Part shown: in pieces, positions 58,503-64,000 of the stretch
Layout: each line of letters starts with the position of its first letter
Numbering within the stretch: the stretch's first letter is position 1
From: Candidatus Poribacteria bacterium
GTDB taxonomy: Bacteria; Poribacteria; WGA-4E; WGA-3G
Direction: 5' to 3'
DNA length: 64,000 nt
Assembly (NCBI GenBank): GCA_965242965.1
Contig: OZ251518.1
Coordinates: forward strand, 4,928,001-4,992,000
Notes under the pieces: generated by a model
What the model saw: only the letters and a program-made list of their open reading frames with translations
What the model was told of the DNA's origin: nothing
Databases searched by the model: none
Position numbers and translations under genes: made by a program

Positions 58503-60463
58503 CTATATCCCTGGCTTCTTTTCGTCTCGATAAAATGCGCGATTCAACGCCTTATCTTCATCGCTGACGCAGAACGTCGCATCCTCCATCTCCGAGAGGT
58601 TAACGTAGAGCTGATTCTTATCCAGCAGCTCCATCAACAGCGACTGCTGCTTTTCCACGTCGCCGATAGCGATGAAATCCTCCACCGCGTCTGCCGGCAC
58701 CTCAGGATTGATATACCAATTGAGGAATGACCCCCCCTTGCCATTTCGCGCCAGAGTACCACGAGTTCGTCGGTGTTGTGCGCCGCTTGGATGCGTTCCA
58801 CGAAGGCGGCGTTATAGGGCATCAGTTCACAGGAAATGAAATCGCCGCCGCCCTGCCAGTTGACTGATTTGGAAATGCCGCCCTGTTCGCCCGTGAGCAC
58901 CTTCTCCAAACGAGGAAGCGTCACCGTTTCTATGTAGTCCATCTGCTCAACTCCAATCCACTGCCGCCCCATCTTGTGTGCGACGGTTGCGGTTGTACCA
59001 CTACCGAGGTGGAAGTCTAGCACGATGTCTCCTGCATCGGATGCCAGTTCAATAACCCGCGCAATGAGATGTTCGGATTTCGGGTAGTCGAACACTTTTT
59101 GAGCAAATAACGCTTTTATGTGTCCAGTGCCCCGTGCGTTCACAAATTCCTTCTCGTCCCAAACGCTCCGCTGTCGTTTTGAGGATTTCCGGTGTTTTTG
59201 AACGATGGTATATCCACCGTCACGTTTCGCCTTCCCTTTTATCTCGGTGTTTAAGTTCTGGCGCGCCTTTTCCTTGCCCCATCGCCAAACTGTCTGCACG
59301 CCCTGCGATTTTAACGGCATCACTTCGACAAAACCCGTTTGCTTTTCTAGGGACACTTCCAGTAAATCATCGGCATCCGCGGATGACGGATTCACATAGA
59401 ATGGATAACAGAGATTCGGACGATTCTTAACGTTGAACCGAATGTTGCCATTTCTTAAATTCATCAAGTTAAAACCGCCGCGTTCATCTGCGTAGTTAAA
59501 CGCCTTACCCTTCTGTTCCAACTGATTCAATTCTGTCCCCGGGATTTTTGAATAGATCAGTAGGTATTCGTGGGTTCTCGCGATGCTACCGTAGTCTCTG
59601 CCGCCTCGATTAATCACAACGATGGAATTGGAGACAAAATTTTCCCTGCCAAAAATCTCATCCATCAAAACCTTCAGGTATGCCTGTTCGTTGTCATCGC
59701 ACTGAGCAAAAATCACGCCGGCGTTGCTCAACAATTCGCGCGCTACCTCCAGCCGATTTCGCATAAACGTCAGCCAACTGGAATGATTGAAACTGTCGTT
59801 ATAGCCGAACGAATCGTTCCCGGTGTTATAGGGCGCATCGATGTAGACACACTTTACCTTACTCCGGAACTGCAACTTCAGACTATGAAGTGCCAACAGA
59901 TTGTTCCCTTTGACAAGCAGGTTCTCCCGAATCGTGCCATCATCAGCGCGTTTGAGGGCAACTACCGGCTGTTCGCCTGTGCCCGTATGTCGTTTCCAGT
60001 TCGTCAGCACCTTCGGCGCGAGGAGCCGGTTAATCTCATCCGGCGCGAGGAGCTCGTTGAAGAATATCTCGGTGCGTTTCTCTTCTTCGTGCGTCTGGCC
60101 GCCTTCCAAGACGCAGTCTTTGTAGGGCCAGACGAGTGCGACTTCGTCGCGTTCGGGGAGGAACTTTTCGTTGATGTTCAACCCGATTTTGTTTCGGAAT
60201 CGAGTGTATGCATCGGCGAGGAAGTTTTTGTCGGAGAGGTAGGTAATGAAGGCGTTGTAATCGAAAATCCAATGTCCCTCAATTTCGGTGAAAAACTTCG
60301 CCTTGAGTTCGGGTTCGCTGAGGAGTGACTTGATGAGCGCGGTATCCAGTTGCCACGCGCTATCTTTAGCGGCGGCGGGGATGAATTCGCCGGCGTTATC
60401 GACGAAGCGCGCGTCTGTTTTGAGTAGGCGAATGAGTTTTTGGTTGAAGTTATCTGTTGGCAT
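58503..60463 (-). pseudogene. mod: Type III modification methylase Mod, frameshifted at a G7 tract (58731-58737); possibly phase-variable
   Basis: KGNNLLAL, YIDAPYNTG, DFHLGSGTT; C-terminus continues in another frame (SFLNWYINP...LLDKNQLYVNLSEMED..NRAFY). Confidence 0.82.
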
Positions 60464-60649
60464 CCGGGGTTTCCTTATGTGCGTTTGTTAGTCAGTATAC
60501 CTGAAACCATCTGGCATGTCAAGAAAAACCGGCCTTTTCCAGAACGATGCGGTTTTTGGTTTCAGGGTTGACATTGCAAGACGTTTGTGCTAGAATTAAT
60601 GATACCATGTTCGGCGCATATTTTCAAATCTAAAATAGGAGAAATCATC

Positions 60650-61477
60650 ATGGCATACACTCTTGAAGACGAATTCGGCGATATTATCGGAAAGGCGCGC
60701 CGCGGGCAACGTCTCACTCTCGCGCAAACGGCAACCGCTGCAGGCATCCCCGAATCGCAACTCTCTAGCATGGAGCAGTATACCGTCCAACCGACAGAAA
60801 CGCAAGTCTACCGACTCGCAGAGGTGCTGAATTTAGACGGTGCCAAACTGCTGGACATCGCGATGGAACGCTGGATTCCGAATCCAGCCGAGTCGTCCGG
60901 TAATCCTGTTCTTGATGTCGTTACCATCAGCGCGCCTGTCGGCGGATGGCCCGTCAACGCCTATCTCTTAATCTGCAAGGCGACAGAAGAGGCGGCGATT
61001 GTTGACACGGCGGCGCACCCGCATCTCATCCTTGAACAACTAGACGCGCGCAACGTCCAACCCACTGCGATTTTGTTGACGCATGCACACGGAGACCACG
61101 CCGATGGACTCCCGCAGCTCCAACAGGCCACCGGTGCCCCGGCTTACATCCACAAGAACGAACCAAAGCCGCAAAGCGCGCAGCCGCTCAAACAGGTCGA
61201 ACACGGCGATGTCCTCACCGTCGGTGAACTCATGGTAACCGTCGTGGATACGCCCGGGCACACTCCGGGGGGCTGCAGTTTCCTGACGCAAACGGCTGCG
61301 TTCGTGGGCGATGCGATTTTCGCGGGCTCCGTAGGCGGTCCCAACATTTCTTATGACGATGAGCTTAATAGCGTTCGCGATAACCTGCTCACGCTTGCAG
61401 ATGACGTGAGGCTATTTCCGGGCCACGGGCCCGCGACAACCGTCGGTGAAGAGAAAGCGCATAACCCGTTTTTCTAA
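60650..61477 (+). CDS. XRE-HTH fused metallo-beta-lactamase-fold hydrolase
   Basis: IGKARRGQRLTLAQTA HTH; THAHGDH, TPGHTPG, GDAIFAGSVG, PGHGP; ATG 60650 after AGGAG. Confidence 0.88.
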   Translation: MAYTLEDEFGDIIGKARRGQRLTLAQTATAAGIPESQLSSMEQYTVQPTETQVYRLAEVLNLDGAKLLDIAMERWIPNPAESSGNPVLDVVTISAPVGGWPVNAYLLICKATEEAAIVDTAAHPHLILEQLDARNVQPTAILLTHAHGDHADGLPQLQQATGAPAYIHKNEPKPQSAQPLKQVEHGDVLTVGELMVTVVDTPGHTPGGCSFLTQTAAFVGDAIFAGSVGGPNISYDDELNSVRDNLLTLADDVRLFPGHGPATTVGEEKAHNPFF

Positions 61478-61516
61478 CATGGAAATCCGCTCGGAAAATA
61501 AAGGAAATTTGAGACT

Positions 61517-62539
61517 TTGCTTTCGTATCTCATTCAACGTTTTCTCTCCATCGGTTTATCGCTGTTAGGCGTGTCGCTGCTCGTCTTCTTCATGGTGCAT
61601 CTCATTCCCGGCGATGCCGCGCTCGCCATTTTGGGGGAACGCGCCACGGAAGCATCACTCGCTGAACTCCGCCGGGAGATGGGGCTTGACAAACCGCTGT
61701 ATCAGCAATACGCGAAGTTCCTCTGGGACATCGCGCACCTTGACTTCGGCCGTTCGTTCAAAACGAAGCAGCCTGTTATAGAGGAGATTCAACGCTATTT
61801 CCCGGCAACGGTGGAATTAACCTTCGCCGCGATGGCGTTTTCAATCCTGTTCGGCATCAGTGCAGGCATCGTCGCCGCCATCTATCGCGGCAAGTTTTTG
61901 GACTACTTCTCCATGTCTATCTCGCTCGCGGGCATCTCGATGCCGATTTTTTGGCTCGGGCTGATGCTGATTTTGCTTTTTTCGCATGTCTGGCCCATCC
62001 TGCCGAGCACGCAACGTCTGGATGCCATACTCGATTTGGACATTGAACACCGCACCGGTTTCTACCTCATCGATACGCTCCTCATGGGGAATTTCGCCGC
62101 CTTTCGGAACGCCATCGCGCACCTCATCCTGCCAGCGATTACCTTAGGCACGATTCCACTCGCCATCATCGCACGGATGACCCGGGCCAGTCTGCTGGAT
62201 GTGCTGAATCAACCTTATATTACCACGGCGTATGCGAAAGGCTTGTCGCGCTGGAAGGTCATCGGCAAACACGCGATGAAAAATAGCATGGTGCCGGTGC
62301 TGACTATCATCGGATTGGAATTCGGGTATCTGATGGGCGGCGCGATTTTGACGGAATATATTTTCTCTTGGCCCGGGCTCGGTTCGTGGCTGCGCGATGC
62401 AGTCGAGGCTCGCGACATTCGTCCCATCCAAGGCGGCGTGCTTTTCGTCGCGACGATTTTCATGTTGGTGAACCTTTGCGTCGATCTCCTCTACGCCTAC
62501 TTCGATCCGCGCATCCGAATCGGAGGTGAAACGACATGA
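61517..62539 (+). CDS. dppB: Dipeptide/oligopeptide ABC permease
   Basis: IPGDAA, GLDKPLYQQY, FPATVEL, ARMTRAS...AYAKGL, YFDPRI. Confidence 0.9.
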   Translation: MLSYLIQRFLSIGLSLLGVSLLVFFMVHLIPGDAALAILGERATEASLAELRREMGLDKPLYQQYAKFLWDIAHLDFGRSFKTKQPVIEEIQRYFPATVELTFAAMAFSILFGISAGIVAAIYRGKFLDYFSMSISLAGISMPIFWLGLMLILLFSHVWPILPSTQRLDAILDLDIEHRTGFYLIDTLLMGNFAAFRNAIAHLILPAITLGTIPLAIIARMTRASLLDVLNQPYITTAYAKGLSRWKVIGKHAMKNSMVPVLTIIGLEFGYLMGGAILTEYIFSWPGLGSWLRDAVEARDIRPIQGGVLFVATIFMLVNLCVDLLYAYFDPRIRIGGETT

Positions 62540-63402
62540 AGCACGAAACAGCCGCCAACAGCCACCTCTCGCGTTTTCGGAAAGCACGCTTGCGAGCGGC
62601 GCGCTATCCCTCTGCTATCATCGGTTTATCAATTATCCTGTTTTTCGTGAGTGTCGCCATTTTTGCGCCGCTGATTGCAACGCACGACCCGAGGCAAGCG
62701 AACGTCGTTGAACGTCTACAAGGCAGTTCCGCTGAACACTATCTCGGCACCGATGGCGTTGGACGAGATCTGTTCAGCCGGATTGTCCACGGCACGAGAA
62801 TTTCTCTCAAGGTGGGCTTTATGGCGACAGCATTTTCGCTAGGGTTCGGCACCTTTTTCGGGGCGATTGCCGGCTATTACGGGGGTTGGTGGGACAACGT
62901 TATCATGCGCGCGATGGACATTATGCTTGTGATGCCAAGCATCCTGCTCGCCATGGTAATCGTGACGATTTTAGGACAGAGCCTCACCAATGCGATTATT
63001 GCGGTTTCCATCGTCTATATCCCGCAGTATGCACGCATCCTCCGCGCCTCTGTGCTGAAAGTGCGGCAATTGGATTACGTCATGGCCGCCAAAGTCATCG
63101 GTGCTAGCGATTTTCGGATTTTGACACGGACGGTCCTACCGAATTGCATCGCGCCCTTGATTGTGCAGGCGACGCTCGGTATCGGTGCCGCCATTTTAGA
63201 TGCCGCGGGCCTGAGTTTCCTCGGGCTCGGCGCGGAAATCGGGGAACCAGAGTGGGGCGCGATGCTCAACGAAAACCGAAACTTCATTCGGCGCGCGCCG
63301 CTGACAGTGACTGCTCCCGGCCTGGCGATTTTCTTTATTGTGTTAGCGTTTAATCTGCTCGGCGATGCGCTGCGTGATGCGTTGGATCCGCAGATAGACT
63401 GA
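62536..63402 (+). CDS. dppC: Dipeptide/oligopeptide ABC permease
   Basis: LGTDGVGRDLFSR, YVMAAKVIGA, FNLLGDALRDALDP. Confidence 0.9.
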   Translation: MKHETAANSHLSRFRKARLRAARYPSAIIGLSIILFFVSVAIFAPLIATHDPRQANVVERLQGSSAEHYLGTDGVGRDLFSRIVHGTRISLKVGFMATAFSLGFGTFFGAIAGYYGGWWDNVIMRAMDIMLVMPSILLAMVIVTILGQSLTNAIIAVSIVYIPQYARILRASVLKVRQLDYVMAAKVIGASDFRILTRTVLPNCIAPLIVQATLGIGAAILDAAGLSFLGLGAEIGEPEWGAMLNENRNFIRRAPLTVTAPGLAIFFIVLAFNLLGDALRDALDPQID

Positions 63403-63440
63403 CCTGTCTCGATGCGTGCGGTATCGGGCACCGAATAACA

Positions 63441-64000
63441 TCACTCCGCCTGCTCCACAACGCGAATCTCCTCCTCGCTGAGCCCATACAACGCGTAAAC
63501 GTGCCTGTCAATCTCCCATTCAAGTTCAGCAGTATCCTCTCCTTTCGCCGAGAGAATTTTGTCAACGAGTGCCACAATCGGCCGCTGCGCCGCTTCCGCC
63601 GGGACAACCACAGGCAGCTTCCTGACAACAGCAACCTTCACCTGTGCCTGACTTTTTCCGGACTCTTGCGAAACAAAATGGTAGACAAAGTTCAACAGTC
63701 GGCTATTGAACAACGCCAAAAAATACTTGAGGTTCACGCTTGGCGATTTCGGGAGGATGGTATGGAGCGTGTTATCCGTGTAAAAACGCCCCAATTCCGC
63801 CTCGCTGTGATATGCGACAATCAAATCGTCGTCCGTTTGCCGCATGAGGAGCCGCTCAGGTTGATGATGATTTTCAACGGCCCCGCCGAAACCCCAGTGC
63901 TCGTTTCGTCGGCTCGGTTTGCCGCCGCGGCCAATGCCGGGAATCGGCAAAGGTTCATAGTCAATGTCGCAGAACCGATACTTCGCCTTCGGCGAATCCC
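63441..64000 (-). CDS. C-terminal TaqI-like specificity domain of an Eco57I/type IIG MTase (partial; frame open to the window edge)
   Basis: LLMRQT, YFLALFNSRLL, KLPV, IVALVDKIL, EIDRHVYALYGLSEEEI. Confidence 0.8.
   Translation of the reverse strand, partial: DSPKAKYRFCDIDYEPLPIPGIGRGGKPSRRNEHWGFGGAVENHHQPERLLMRQTDDDLIVAYHSEAELGRFYTDNTLHTILPKSPSVNLKYFLALFNSRLLNFVYHFVSQESGKSQAQVKVAVVRKLPVVVPAEAAQRPIVALVDKILSAKGEDTAELEWEIDRHVYALYGLSEEEIRVVEQAE

Noticed and set aside
1-64000. tRNA, rRNA, prophage, integrase or transposase genes
   Set aside because: None recognised by eye; a covariance-model or HMM scan would be needed to exclude them fully

Overview
Bacterial chromosomal window, mostly minus-strand. 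The gene content suggests Candidatus Poribacteria (inference): a WD40 protein with an 'ARLGRG' N-terminus, CERI-type lipoproteins, several Gfo/Idh/MocA enzymes and a sulfatase. It holds a partial complex I operon (nuoD-H-I-J-K-L-M-N), a rhodanese-MoeB gene with an in-frame TGA at its conserved Cys followed by a SECIS-like hairpin (probable selenoprotein), and several defence or TA loci. These are hicBA, a DUF4011 helicase-nuclease, a type ISP/IIG-like enzyme, a PIN module with a 303-bp tandem duplication, a type III R-M system with a poly-G frameshift in mod and a chimeric antitoxin gene inserted, and a partial type IIG gene. Also present are a DtxR/MntR-VIT1-TroABCD metal operon, two TonB-dependent receptors followed by three LivK-like lipoproteins behind a long structured leader, and argG, moxR, a sulfatase, cmk, tyrA, sodC-like, an HTH-MBL hydrolase and dppBC. 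Many intergenic spaces are filled with mosaic arrays of several GTAG-type REP palindrome families. Several arrays end in an IS-like terminal motif (TGAGGGTGTTTCATA), forming MITE-like cassettes, and one pair of these ends brackets the moeB gene. All calls are from reading the sequence by eye; no searches were run.
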